From assembly GCA_046497275.1 (NCBI GenBank), contig JAWOFX010000050.1:8937-40936 (forward strand): a stretch of 32,000 bases of DNA. Direction: 5' to 3'. Each line of letters opens with the position of its first letter. Positions within the stretch are counted from its first letter, which is position 1. The position numbers and the translations under genes are program-made. Origin of the DNA: Promethearchaeia archaeon (GTDB taxonomy: Archaea > Asgardarchaeota > Lokiarchaeia > Sigyniarchaeales > SOKP01). Under the pieces are notes generated by a model, which was not told the origin of the DNA, ran no database searches, and saw nothing but the letters and a program-made list of their open reading frames with translations. Shown piece after piece: positions 9,459 to 18,671 of the stretch.

Positions 9459-10400
9459 ATGGGAATGTTAGATGGAAAAGTCGCAATAGTCACAGGTGCA
9501 GGACGCGGACTCGGAAAAGAAGAAGCGTTGGCAATGGCACGAGAAGGCTGTAATATTTTGATAAACGATTTAGGCGCTTCCTTTGACGGTACTGGAAAAG
9601 AAACTAAAGTTGCGGATGAAGTCGCAGAAGAAATTAGGGCGCTTGGAGTAAAAGCTGCTGCAAATTATGATTCTGTGACTGATTTCGATAAAGCGAAGGG
9701 TATGATTGATCAAGCTGTCTCTGAATTGGGAAGGCTTGATATTGTAGTAAATAACGCCGGTATTCTCAGGGATAGAATGCTTTTTAATATGTCTGAAGAA
9801 GAATTTGATGCAGTAATTGCCGTTCATTTAAAAGGTACCTTTAATATGATGAGACATGCTGCAGCCTATTTTAGGACACAAATTAAAGAAGGAAACATGA
9901 AAAAAAAATCAGGAAGAATTATCAACACGGCTTCCGATGCTGGGCTGCTGGGCAATATGGGACAAGCTAATTATGGCGCTGCCAAAGCAGGAATTGCGGC
10001 AATGACGAATATTGCATCGATGGAATTAAAAAAATATGCTACAGTAAATTGTATAGTTCCTATGGCTAGAACTCGGCTTACAACAGATGCTACTCCAAAA
10101 ATGGCAGCAGTAATGAAAAAAAAGGACAAATCCGGTATGGATGTATTCCATCCCTCAAATGTAGCTCCTTTAATAGTTTATCTTGCTTCCAATAAGGCAA
10201 GAAGAATAAACGGAGAGGTTTTCCGTATTGCTGGTGATAAACTTTGGTTATTCCAAGGTTGGCATACGATTAAAAGAATCGATAATAATGGAGATTCATT
10301 CACACCACAAACGATTGCTGAAAGAATGCCTGAATTAATGGAAGGGGCACCTGAGAAACCAAGTATCATGGCTGTGGCAAGCGAATTACTTACAGAGTAG
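9459..10400 (+). CDS. Extended SDR oxidoreductase (MFE-2/HSD17B4-like 3-hydroxyacyl-CoA dehydrogenase type)
   Basis: TGAGRGLG, INDLG, VVNNAGILRD, VHLKGTF, NYGAAKAG, P.A.TR.T. Confidence 0.88.
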   Translation: MGMLDGKVAIVTGAGRGLGKEEALAMAREGCNILINDLGASFDGTGKETKVADEVAEEIRALGVKAAANYDSVTDFDKAKGMIDQAVSELGRLDIVVNNAGILRDRMLFNMSEEEFDAVIAVHLKGTFNMMRHAAAYFRTQIKEGNMKKKSGRIINTASDAGLLGNMGQANYGAAKAGIAAMTNIASMELKKYATVNCIVPMARTRLTTDATPKMAAVMKKKDKSGMDVFHPSNVAPLIVYLASNKARRINGEVFRIAGDKLWLFQGWHTIKRIDNNGDSFTPQTIAERMPELMEGAPEKPSIMAVASELLTE

Positions 10401-10482
10401 ATATTAAGGCTTATTTAATAATAACTTATCATTTATTTCTTTTTCTTCATATTTAAAAAACTTTTCTCTTATTCTAGGCTAT

Positions 10483-11565
10483 TCAAATCCATTTTTTATA
10501 TCTAAAGAATGCCATCATTGATCCCGCGGCTATTATCATTGTTATAATCAAAAGTGGATAAGCGAATGGAAAAGCTAGTTCAGGCATGTATTTGAAATTC
10601 ATTCCATAAAATCCTGCCAAAAATGACAATGGAATAAAAATTGTTGAGATTATAGTAAGCACTTTCATAACATCATTCATTTTATTGCTGACACTAGATA
10701 AATAAAGATCTAACATCCCTGTAATAATGTCCCGATAATTTTGTATTGATTCATTTATCCGGTAGACATGATCATAAAGATCACGTAAATAAACTTGTAG
10801 ATAGTCATTAACTAATTTAGAGTCTTCTCGTTGGAATTGATTAACAACATCTCTCATGGGCCATATCGATTTCCTAAGGTCCATAACACTTTTCTTTAAT
10901 TTATATATTGATTGTAAAACGCCTATTTCAGGATCTTTTACTAATCTATCTTCGATCTCCTCTATATATTCCCCTATTAATTCTTGATCAAGAAAATAAT
11001 GGTCAATAACAAGATCTAATAATGTATAAGCAAGATAATCAGACCCCATAGAACGTACCCTTCCCTTAGGTACTTTAATTCTATCTATTATTGGATCAAA
11101 AAGGTCTGTATTTTTTTCCTCAACAGATATAACATAATTAGAACCTATAATAATACTTATTTGATCAGAAGTAAACTCATCTAATATTTCATCCCATATA
11201 ATCAATTTTAATACTATAAATATATAATTTTCATAATTTTCATATTTCGGTCTTTGATTTGTACTAATAATATCTTCAAGAACAAGTGGATGAAATTCCA
11301 TTATGTTTCCTAATTTTTCAATCTTTTGCAGATTTTTTAATCCTGAAATCTTTATCCATCTAAGATTAGATTTTTCAATCTTTTTTATATCGTCATTAAA
11401 ATGTTTGATCTCTTTAATATTATATTCCTCCTTGTTAAAATCTATAACCATTATGGTTGTTTCTTCTAGCTTACTTTCAAGCGGATATGTTAAAGTTCCA
11501 GGAGGTTCTCCTATTTTTGTATACTTTTTGTGTTTTCTTAAGCGGTCATATATTTTTTTTGAAAT
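10483..11565 (-). CDS. corA: Magnesium/cobalt transporter CorA
   Basis: FHPLVLEDI, QRPK.E, GMNF.YMPEL signature. The reading frame extends 38 codons upstream of ATG 11451 and includes the conserved KIGEPPGTL motif. The likely start is non-canonical (ATT 11565). Confidence 0.92.
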   Translation of the reverse strand: MSKKIYDRLRKHKKYTKIGEPPGTLTYPLESKLEETTIMVIDFNKEEYNIKEIKHFNDDIKKIEKSNLRWIKISGLKNLQKIEKLGNIMEFHPLVLEDIISTNQRPKYENYENYIFIVLKLIIWDEILDEFTSDQISIIIGSNYVISVEEKNTDLFDPIIDRIKVPKGRVRSMGSDYLAYTLLDLVIDHYFLDQELIGEYIEEIEDRLVKDPEIGVLQSIYKLKKSVMDLRKSIWPMRDVVNQFQREDSKLVNDYLQVYLRDLYDHVYRINESIQNYRDIITGMLDLYLSSVSNKMNDVMKVLTIISTIFIPLSFLAGFYGMNFKYMPELAFPFAYPLLIITMIIAAGSMMAFFRYKKWI

Positions 11566-11571
11566 TTAATT

Positions 11572-11576
11572 TCACC
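11572..11576 (-). promoter_or_regulatory. GGTGA ribosome-binding site upstream of the proposed ATT start of corA
   Basis: Same motif found 5 nt before the canonical starts at 3451, 4075, 8259 and 18507. Here it is 6 nt before ATT. Confidence 0.55.
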
Positions 11577-11713
11577 AGAATATTGTTTTTTATGTATAAT
11601 AGATTGAGATTGAGTAATTTATAAAATTTAGGTATTCATTTGAGATATAAATTAGATAAAAATTTATGATTTTTAGAAAAAAGGTTTTTAATTGTTATTG
11701 TAAAAAAATAAAT

Positions 11714-12679
11714 ATGGAAAAAAAATTCCAAATAACTTTAGCAATTTTTTTAACACTTTTAGGAATACTTGCACTTCTTTATGGGGATCTAATATGGGAA
11801 TTCTTTGGTTTAAGTTCACAATCACTATTAATAAATTCCATTATCATTAATATCTTTGTATATGTCCTAAGAACAATTATAGTTCGAATCGTAAGCTACG
11901 TATTAAAAACAAAAATAATCCGCTTTCTGATAAATTTTATTATAAATATTATTTGGATTATATTTGTTTTTGAATTAATCTACACTATAGAACCAACTTT
12001 AGGTGTCACTATTACTTCGTTCATAGTTGTTGCAGTTTCACTTACATTTAGAGATCGAATCAATAATGTAGCTTCTGGGATATTGATTTTAGCATCTGAA
12101 ACTTTTGATATTGGAGATCTTATAGAAGTGAATGGAATTCAAGGATTTGTTCAAGAAATTGATCTAAATTATACAAAAATAAGGGAATTAAACGGACTCA
12201 TTACAGTATTACCTAATAGTAATATTTTCAATGCTGCAACGAAAAAATTTACTCAGAGACCATCAAAGAAACTAAAAAGTAAAAAAACTCAAGAAAAAGG
12301 ATTCCATATAAAAGAATATGCCGATAAATTTACGAAAATTATATCCAAAGAAGAAAAATTAACTAGGTATATAAAAACAGTGGAGATCTTATCTAAATGG
12401 AACCCGGCTGAATTAGAGAATATTTTATCTGATATTTTTGACAGATATAAGGAAGTATTTGGTTTTAGACCATTTTATTACATAAATCAAACATTTATGA
12501 ATCGATGCAATATTACCTTACAAATAGTCTCAAGAGAACCTCAATTAATTGCTCTGTATTATAACGCCTTTTTAAGAGATGTGCTATTTATTTTATATCC
12601 AGAAAAGATTTTTATGGATTGGGACGGCGACAGACGAAATATTATTGATAGTATAGAAAAAAAAGGAGGGGTTGAATAA
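11714..12679 (+). CDS. Mechanosensitive ion channel MscS family protein
   Basis: N-terminal TM helices, then NVASGILI...FDIGDLIEVNGIQGFVQEI.L.YTKI...VLPNS (MscS beta domain). The start is probably 11714, with 11666 an alternative. Confidence 0.82.
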   Translation: MEKKFQITLAIFLTLLGILALLYGDLIWEFFGLSSQSLLINSIIINIFVYVLRTIIVRIVSYVLKTKIIRFLINFIINIIWIIFVFELIYTIEPTLGVTITSFIVVAVSLTFRDRINNVASGILILASETFDIGDLIEVNGIQGFVQEIDLNYTKIRELNGLITVLPNSNIFNAATKKFTQRPSKKLKSKKTQEKGFHIKEYADKFTKIISKEEKLTRYIKTVEILSKWNPAELENILSDIFDRYKEVFGFRPFYYINQTFMNRCNITLQIVSREPQLIALYYNAFLRDVLFILYPEKIFMDWDGDRRNIIDSIEKKGGVE

Positions 12680-13573
12680 ATGGCATTATTTAATACGGAT
12701 CTCGAAGCATTTATTTATCTCGTTTTGATAGTAGTCGGTCTATTAATATTAAACGTAATAATAAAAGCGGTGACAAGTAGCAAAAGAGTTTCTGCAAAAA
12801 CAAGAATAATTATCAAATTTTCTTTCAGCTTGATTTCACTTGCAATTATTTTATATTTCATCCTCAGCGGATTCCCTATAATATCTGAAATCCCTCAAAC
12901 TTATGTTGCTATAATCACCAGTTCAGTGAGTACTGCTGTAGCATTTGCATCCAGTGGAATATTTGATAATGTTGTTTCTGGTTTAGCTTTATTAGCAATA
13001 AAACCATACGATTTAAATGACGTTATTAAATTGAAGGGTTTAATTGGTGTTGTGAGAGATTTGAAATTAACTAAAACAGTAATTGAAACATTTGATAATG
13101 TTAAAGTGCAAATTTCTAATAAGGATGTCATTAATACCGAATTAACCAATTATTCAATAAAGCTGGACAAAATTAAAAATTTTGTAGATTTTAAACGCGT
13201 AATTCATTATTCAGAAGATAATGAATTTCCCCCTATTGAATCAGAAGGTCTAAAGCAAGAGGAATCATCATTGAAGAACATTTTTAATAAAACAATTCAT
13301 AGAAAGGATAATCCAAAAATCCATAATTATATTTGGAAAATGGAATTTCCCTATGAACGATTTAGACTTGCATTGAAAAGGGTGGAAGAGATTTGCAAAA
13401 ATTACGAAAAAAGATTTGATTTTAAACCAACTTATCATATTGATGGTTTTGGTAATTTTATTGAAGTGAGATTCCGAATCTTAACGACTGATTCCAAGAA
13501 AATTTTCAATATTCAACCAGAATTCGCTAATGAGATTTATAAAGTTGTCCATGAGATGTGGGAGAAAATTTAA
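12680..13573 (+). CDS. Mechanosensitive ion channel MscS family protein (second paralogue)
   Basis: NVVSGL.LL..KPY.LND.I...G..G.V..L.L..T.I.TFDN..V.ISN. The ATG directly abuts the upstream TAA. Confidence 0.82.
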   Translation: MALFNTDLEAFIYLVLIVVGLLILNVIIKAVTSSKRVSAKTRIIIKFSFSLISLAIILYFILSGFPIISEIPQTYVAIITSSVSTAVAFASSGIFDNVVSGLALLAIKPYDLNDVIKLKGLIGVVRDLKLTKTVIETFDNVKVQISNKDVINTELTNYSIKLDKIKNFVDFKRVIHYSEDNEFPPIESEGLKQEESSLKNIFNKTIHRKDNPKIHNYIWKMEFPYERFRLALKRVEEICKNYEKRFDFKPTYHIDGFGNFIEVRFRILTTDSKKIFNIQPEFANEIYKVVHEMWEKI

Positions 13574-13585
13574 TAATTCTTCCTA

Positions 13586-13594
13586 TTTTTTTTT
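13586..13594 (+). terminator. Oligo-T putative archaeal terminator
   Basis: T9 run 12 nt after the mscS stop. Such runs are common in this AT-rich DNA. Confidence 0.35.
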
Positions 13595-13712
13595 CTATAA
13601 TTTTTAATCATTTGACCAACCATATTACTATTCAAATACTTGATTTAACCAGAGATCAAACTTAAGTAGAATAATTTTTTAACTTCTAATTGTTATAAGA
13701 ATGTGAAAAAAA

Positions 13713-14750
13713 ATGAATGAAAAAATACTTACATTTGGAGAAATAATGTTACGTCTTTCTCCTCCAAATTTTCAGCGATTTATTCAAGCTCGATCATTCG
13801 ATGCAATTTATGGTGGCGGAGAAGCTAATGTAGCAGTTTCCTTAGCCAATCTTGGCCTACTTGTTGATTATGTGACGAAATTACCTAATAATAAATTGGG
13901 AGACGCCTGTATGAATTATTTGAGACAATTTGGTGTAAATACAACCAAAATCGTAAGAGGGGGAGATCGTTTAGGGATATATTTCTTAGAAAGGGGAGCT
14001 TCTATTCGTTCTAGCAATGTTATATACGACCGAGCAAATTCTTCAATTGCAACAGCTGAAATACAAGACTTTGATTGGGATGAATTATTCGAAGATGTTC
14101 GATGGTTCCATTGGACTGGTATCACGCCTGCTATTTCTCAGAGCCTAGCTGATATTTGCCTTCAAGCAGTTAAAATCGCACAAGAAAAAAAATTAACAAT
14201 CTCCTGTGATTTAAACTATCGAAGTAAATTATGGAACTATGGAAAATCCTGCAGTGAAGTGATGTCGGAACTTGTTAAATATTGCGATATTGCTGTGGGA
14301 AATGAAGAGGATTTTGAAAAAGTTTTTGAAATGACCCCTCCTGAAGTGGATGTTTCCTCGGGTAAAGTAGCAGCTCATAATTACAAATATGTCGTAGATG
14401 AATTTAAAGAACGTTATCCAAATATCCAAAAAATTGGCATTACATTGAGAGGTTCTATTTCGGCTTCCCATAATACATGGTCAGGACTCTTATATGATGG
14501 TCAAAAAATGTATACTTCTCCGGTATATGATATTGATTTTATTATAGATAGAGTTGGTGGGGGAGATTCTTTCAATGCAGGTTTAATTTATGGCTTATTA
14601 ACTTTTAAAAATGATTTGCAGAAAGCTTTAAATTTTGCTGTGGGTGCATCTTGCCTAAAACATAGTATTGAAGGAGATTTTAATTTAGTCTCTAAAGAAG
14701 AAGTGCTCAAATTAATAAAAGGTGATGCATCGGGGCGAATCTCTCGTTAA
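13713..14750 (+). CDS. kdgK: 2-dehydro-3-deoxygluconokinase-like sugar kinase (PfkB family)
   Basis: FGEIMLRLSPP, GGGEANVA, G.YFLE.GAS.R.S.V.YDR, WFHWTGITPA, DLNYR.KLW, IDRVGGGDSF.AG, LKHSIEGD. Confidence 0.85.
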   Translation: MNEKILTFGEIMLRLSPPNFQRFIQARSFDAIYGGGEANVAVSLANLGLLVDYVTKLPNNKLGDACMNYLRQFGVNTTKIVRGGDRLGIYFLERGASIRSSNVIYDRANSSIATAEIQDFDWDELFEDVRWFHWTGITPAISQSLADICLQAVKIAQEKKLTISCDLNYRSKLWNYGKSCSEVMSELVKYCDIAVGNEEDFEKVFEMTPPEVDVSSGKVAAHNYKYVVDEFKERYPNIQKIGITLRGSISASHNTWSGLLYDGQKMYTSPVYDIDFIIDRVGGGDSFNAGLIYGLLTFKNDLQKALNFAVGASCLKHSIEGDFNLVSKEEVLKLIKGDASGRISR

Positions 14751-14840
14751 AAAATTTCTAATAATTCGAATTTATTTCAAAAATTTCTTATTTTCTTATA
14801 GTTTCTTTTTAACTATAATTCTTAAAGTATGTGAGATTAG

Positions 14841-15638
14841 ATGGAAGATTATAATAAAATGATTTTAACTGCTACAACCGCAAATAGCTGGATTTATCCT
14901 GAATGCAAGAATTGGGCGGAAACATTAGATGATCTCATTGAGGATGTTGTTCAATGTTATAAGGCAGGAGCAACAATTGCTCACGTCCATTTACCCAGAA
15001 GTGAGGAAATCGAAACAGTTAAAAGAATACGAGAGAGGTGTGATATATTAATTCAAGCAGGAATGTCAAGTGATAGCATTCCAGAAAGACAAGGGGATAT
15101 TGAAGCTAGACCTGATATGATGTCAATTATTCTCAATCATCATGATGAGCATTTTACTCAATTGAGTGTGAATAAACTTCATCCTCTTGATGAATTAAAA
15201 GAATATTGCGAAATTTGTAGAAATTATGGCATTAAACCCGAATGGGAAGTATGGCATACAGGGTCTTTTTGGAATTTGAATTATTTAATCAATAAAAATA
15301 TAGTAGAATCTCCCCACATCTTAACCTTGTTTTTTAACTGGCCCGGAGGCACTTGGTCTCCCCCAACAGCCGATGAATATCTACATCGAATAAAATATAT
15401 GCCAGAAAATTCTGTTCATACCGTAAGTATTATGGGCGATCAACAAACAAAAATCGCAACTTTAGCAATATCTAAAGGTGGAAATGTGAGAGTAGGTACC
15501 GAAGATTATCCTTATATTAAAAAAGGCATACCAGCTAAAAATAATGCGGAAATAGTAAAAAGGATGAAGAAAATAAGCGAGGAAATGGGTCGAGAAGTAG
15601 CAACTCCTTCAGAAGGAAGAGAAATCTTAGGATTATAG
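14841..15638 (+). CDS. DUF849 / beta-keto acid cleavage enzyme (Kce/BKACE) family, divergent
   Basis: AGATIAHVH (Zn HxH), IKPEWEV, GGNVRVGTED, NAEIV, GRE.ATP.E.REILGL. Confidence 0.88.
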   Translation: MEDYNKMILTATTANSWIYPECKNWAETLDDLIEDVVQCYKAGATIAHVHLPRSEEIETVKRIRERCDILIQAGMSSDSIPERQGDIEARPDMMSIILNHHDEHFTQLSVNKLHPLDELKEYCEICRNYGIKPEWEVWHTGSFWNLNYLINKNIVESPHILTLFFNWPGGTWSPPTADEYLHRIKYMPENSVHTVSIMGDQQTKIATLAISKGGNVRVGTEDYPYIKKGIPAKNNAEIVKRMKKISEEMGREVATPSEGREILGL

Positions 15639-15682
15639 TATCAGATTATTTTAATATAATTTAACAAGGTTAGATAGATAAA

Positions 15683-16429
15683 ATGGAGTTAAAAAATAAA
15701 GTAGCAATTATTACAGGATCAGGTGCTGGCATTGGAGAGGCTACCGCGAAACTATTTGCTGAAAATGGAATTAAGGTGGTTTGTAATTCTTTATCAAAAT
15801 CAGCGTTAAGGGTCGCAAATGAAATTAATAATAGTGGTGGAAAAGCAATATTCGTTCAAGCAGATGTATCTAAAGAGGATGAAGCTAAAAAAATTATAGA
15901 TCAAACTATTGAAAAATTTGGGGAGTTAGATATTTTATTTAATAATGCCGGGATTGTTCTACCAGGAAGTGTTGACAGAATTACCATAGAGGATTGGGAT
16001 AAAACTATGGATGTTAATCTAAAAGGCATTTATTTGGTTTCAAAATATGCAATTCCACATCTTAAAAATTCAAAAGGGACAATTATCAATAATTCTTCCT
16101 CGGTTGCATTTACCGGAGTAAAGAATAGAGCTGCTTATACAGCCTCTAAAGGCGCGGTTCTCTCTTTAACAAGAGCAATGGCAGCTGATTATATTGATGA
16201 TGGGATAAGAGTTAATGCAATTTGTCCCGGCACTACAGATACTCCTTCACTTGCTAGGAGGCTAAGCAAGTTTGATAATCCAGAAAAAGCTCGAAAAGAT
16301 TTTATTGCAAGGCAGAAATTGGGACGTTTAGGGAAACCAGAGGAAATCGCAGAAGGAGTATTATTTCTCGCAAAAAATGAATTTACAACTGGCGCAAGTT
16401 TGTCAATTGATGGCGGAATGACAATGTAA
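15683..16429 (+). CDS. SDR oxidoreductase, BDH2 / 2-keto-3-deoxy-L-fuconate dehydrogenase-like
   Basis: TGSGAGIG, FNNAG, YTASKG, NAICPGTTDTPSL, FIARQKLGRLG.PEEIA. Confidence 0.8.
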   Translation: MELKNKVAIITGSGAGIGEATAKLFAENGIKVVCNSLSKSALRVANEINNSGGKAIFVQADVSKEDEAKKIIDQTIEKFGELDILFNNAGIVLPGSVDRITIEDWDKTMDVNLKGIYLVSKYAIPHLKNSKGTIINNSSSVAFTGVKNRAAYTASKGAVLSLTRAMAADYIDDGIRVNAICPGTTDTPSLARRLSKFDNPEKARKDFIARQKLGRLGKPEEIAEGVLFLAKNEFTTGASLSIDGGMTM

Positions 16430-16533
16430 TAGGTTAAATTATCCTATAGAGGTATTTTATATTTTAACTATTAATATTTTTCATTAAAACGAATAAATTT
16501 TGAAAATAGAAAAAAGAATTATTTTCAATTAAA

Positions 16534-17310
16534 TTAACGGGTTGTCCAACCCCCATCCATTCGTAAATCCGCTCCTGTCATATAAGAAGCATCATCAGTA
16601 GCCAAGAATAGTATTCCTGTTGCGATCTCTTCTGGTTTAGCCCACCTTCCTAAGACCCCCTCTTCTTCGAATTCTCTCTTAACAGTATCATAATCAACTC
16701 CTCGATCTTTAGCTTGTTTTGCTACATCGCTTTGAAGCATCGGAGTATCAGTTGCCCCTGGGGAAACACTATTTACTCGAACATTGTAAGGTGCCATATC
16801 TAATGCCAAAGCTTTAGTGAACCCCAATACTCCTGCCTTGGTTGAGCAGTAATTTGCATGATTTGCTTGACCAATATGAGCCGCCACTGAGGCGAGTGTT
16901 ATAATTGATCCAAATTCTTGCTTTTTAAAATAAGGGATTGCATATTTACATGTATAATAAGTCCCTTTAAGATTTACATTTATTAACAAGTCATAATCTT
17001 CATCAGAAAATTCATCAATAGGTCCAACCCTCACCACTCCAGCATTCACAATTAAAACGTCAATTTTTCCGTATTTTTCAATCGTGAATTGGATCATTTT
17101 CTTTACTTTTTTAGGTTCTCTCACGTCTACTTTCATGAATGAGACCCTCTCTTTAACTTTAGCAAGCAGATCATACGTTTCTTTTAATCCATTTTCATCA
17201 ATATCTGAAATAACTAAAAATGCACCTTCATCTGCGAACAGCTTAGCTGTTGCTCTTCCAATTCCGGAAGCTGCCCCTGTTAAAACACAAACTTTATCTC
17301 TAACTCTCAT
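16534..17310 (-). CDS. SDR oxidoreductase (classical)
   Basis: TGAASGIG, VNAG, YCSTKAG, VNSVSPGATDTPM, GRWAKPEEIA, DGG. Confidence 0.88.
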   Translation of the reverse strand: MRVRDKVCVLTGAASGIGRATAKLFADEGAFLVISDIDENGLKETYDLLAKVKERVSFMKVDVREPKKVKKMIQFTIEKYGKIDVLIVNAGVVRVGPIDEFSDEDYDLLINVNLKGTYYTCKYAIPYFKKQEFGSIITLASVAAHIGQANHANYCSTKAGVLGFTKALALDMAPYNVRVNSVSPGATDTPMLQSDVAKQAKDRGVDYDTVKREFEEEGVLGRWAKPEEIATGILFLATDDASYMTGADLRMDGGWTTR

Positions 17311-17376
17311 TTTTCAATTATTTTAAATTAATTCAAATAAATTTAACTTTAAATATAGATTATAAAAAAATATAAA

Positions 17377-18507
17377 TTATTTTACTACTGTAGGTCTATC
17401 TAATGAGGATAATCGTTCACAGCCGGTATCAGTAACTCGATAACAATCCTCAACCCCAACTAATCCTTGCCCCCTAACATTTAACCATACTTCGATGTCT
17501 AACACCATGTTTTTTTCAAATGGAATGTCCATTGAAGACATTGGACTAAACATATGAGCTTCTTCACATTCTAATCCAATATGATGACCAGTTATTAAAT
17601 AGAATCCTCTTTTAGTTAATTCTTTAAGATATTTCTGTGCATCATCTGCTAATACTTTCGGCATCACGCCGGGCTTAATATTATCAACGCAAAAGTCTTG
17701 AACTTGGATCATATAGTCTAAGGCTTTCTTAGCTTTTTCAGGCTCTTCTCCTACAACAACTCCTCTACTCACATCTGAAATATATCCCTCCCATACTGCT
17801 CCAAAATCAAATCTAACAATATCATTTGGAGTTACGGGAATTCCTAATCCTGGAGCCTCAGGATCTGAGGGACCTATATTCATAGTCAAATGATCCCATC
17901 CCCATGCGCCTTCATCCACAATTGTTTTTCGTGCTATTTTTAATAATTCTGTGTCCTTAATATTTAATTCAGTGGCATTAATACATGCTTGAATAGCCTT
18001 TTCGGCAACTTCAGTTGATTTTTTAATTCTCTTAATTTCCTCATCTGTTTTTATCAAACGCATATCGAGAAACGCATCATCTGCGTCTATAATAGTCGAA
18101 TCTGGGAAGTCTTTTCTTATAGTTTCTGATTGGTATCTTGGCATCAAAGATTCAACACCAATCTTTTTATTCTCCAAATCCCATTCTTTGATTTTGTTAG
18201 TCAGCATTTTAATAGCAGCCTCCATACTCCCAATCCGAAAAACTTCGCTTGGATCAATCCACGAAAACTCTTCGACACTATCATATAGTGACCAAATTAT
18301 TGCGCTTTCTTCTCCATCTGCTTTAATCATTGATAAAAAAGGGTATTGGTTTTTTAATACGTACAAGATGGGATTTGGTGCTACATGAGTAACTGGTAAA
18401 CCAGTAGTATAAAACACATTAACGGGAGTCGAAGCGATAAGGAGATCTAAGCCATGTTTTTCAAGAGCTTCTTTTGCTTTATCTTTTCTATATCCTATGG
18501 GTTCCAT
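17377..18507 (-). CDS. M24 family (Xaa-Pro peptidase/creatinase fold) metallohydrolase
   Basis: Creatinase-like N-domain, RLIKT.EEI, and metal ligands D (RFDFG), D (ISDVSR), H (GHHIG), E (DIEV), E (VED). ATG 18507 lies 5 nt after GGTGA. Confidence 0.88.
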   Translation of the reverse strand: MEPIGYRKDKAKEALEKHGLDLLIASTPVNVFYTTGLPVTHVAPNPILYVLKNQYPFLSMIKADGEESAIIWSLYDSVEEFSWIDPSEVFRIGSMEAAIKMLTNKIKEWDLENKKIGVESLMPRYQSETIRKDFPDSTIIDADDAFLDMRLIKTDEEIKRIKKSTEVAEKAIQACINATELNIKDTELLKIARKTIVDEGAWGWDHLTMNIGPSDPEAPGLGIPVTPNDIVRFDFGAVWEGYISDVSRGVVVGEEPEKAKKALDYMIQVQDFCVDNIKPGVMPKVLADDAQKYLKELTKRGFYLITGHHIGLECEEAHMFSPMSSMDIPFEKNMVLDIEVWLNVRGQGLVGVEDCYRVTDTGCERLSSLDRPTVVK

Positions 18508-18671
18508 TTTTTTCACCTTTTTTTAAAAAAATTCTATGCTATCATACATTAAAATTAGTAATTAATTGAATGTTATTTAAAATACAATTTAAAATTTTAA
18601 TTTACTTTTCTTTTTCTTTTCCTTTTTAGGGTTTAATAAAATTTATTTGTTTTTAAGCCTAATGGTAAATT

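Noticed and set aside
18517-18671. Imperfect inverted repeat in the divergent M24/Gfo intergenic region as an operator
   Set aside because: About 8 mismatches in 26 bp of nearly pure A/T, and no regulator gene nearby.
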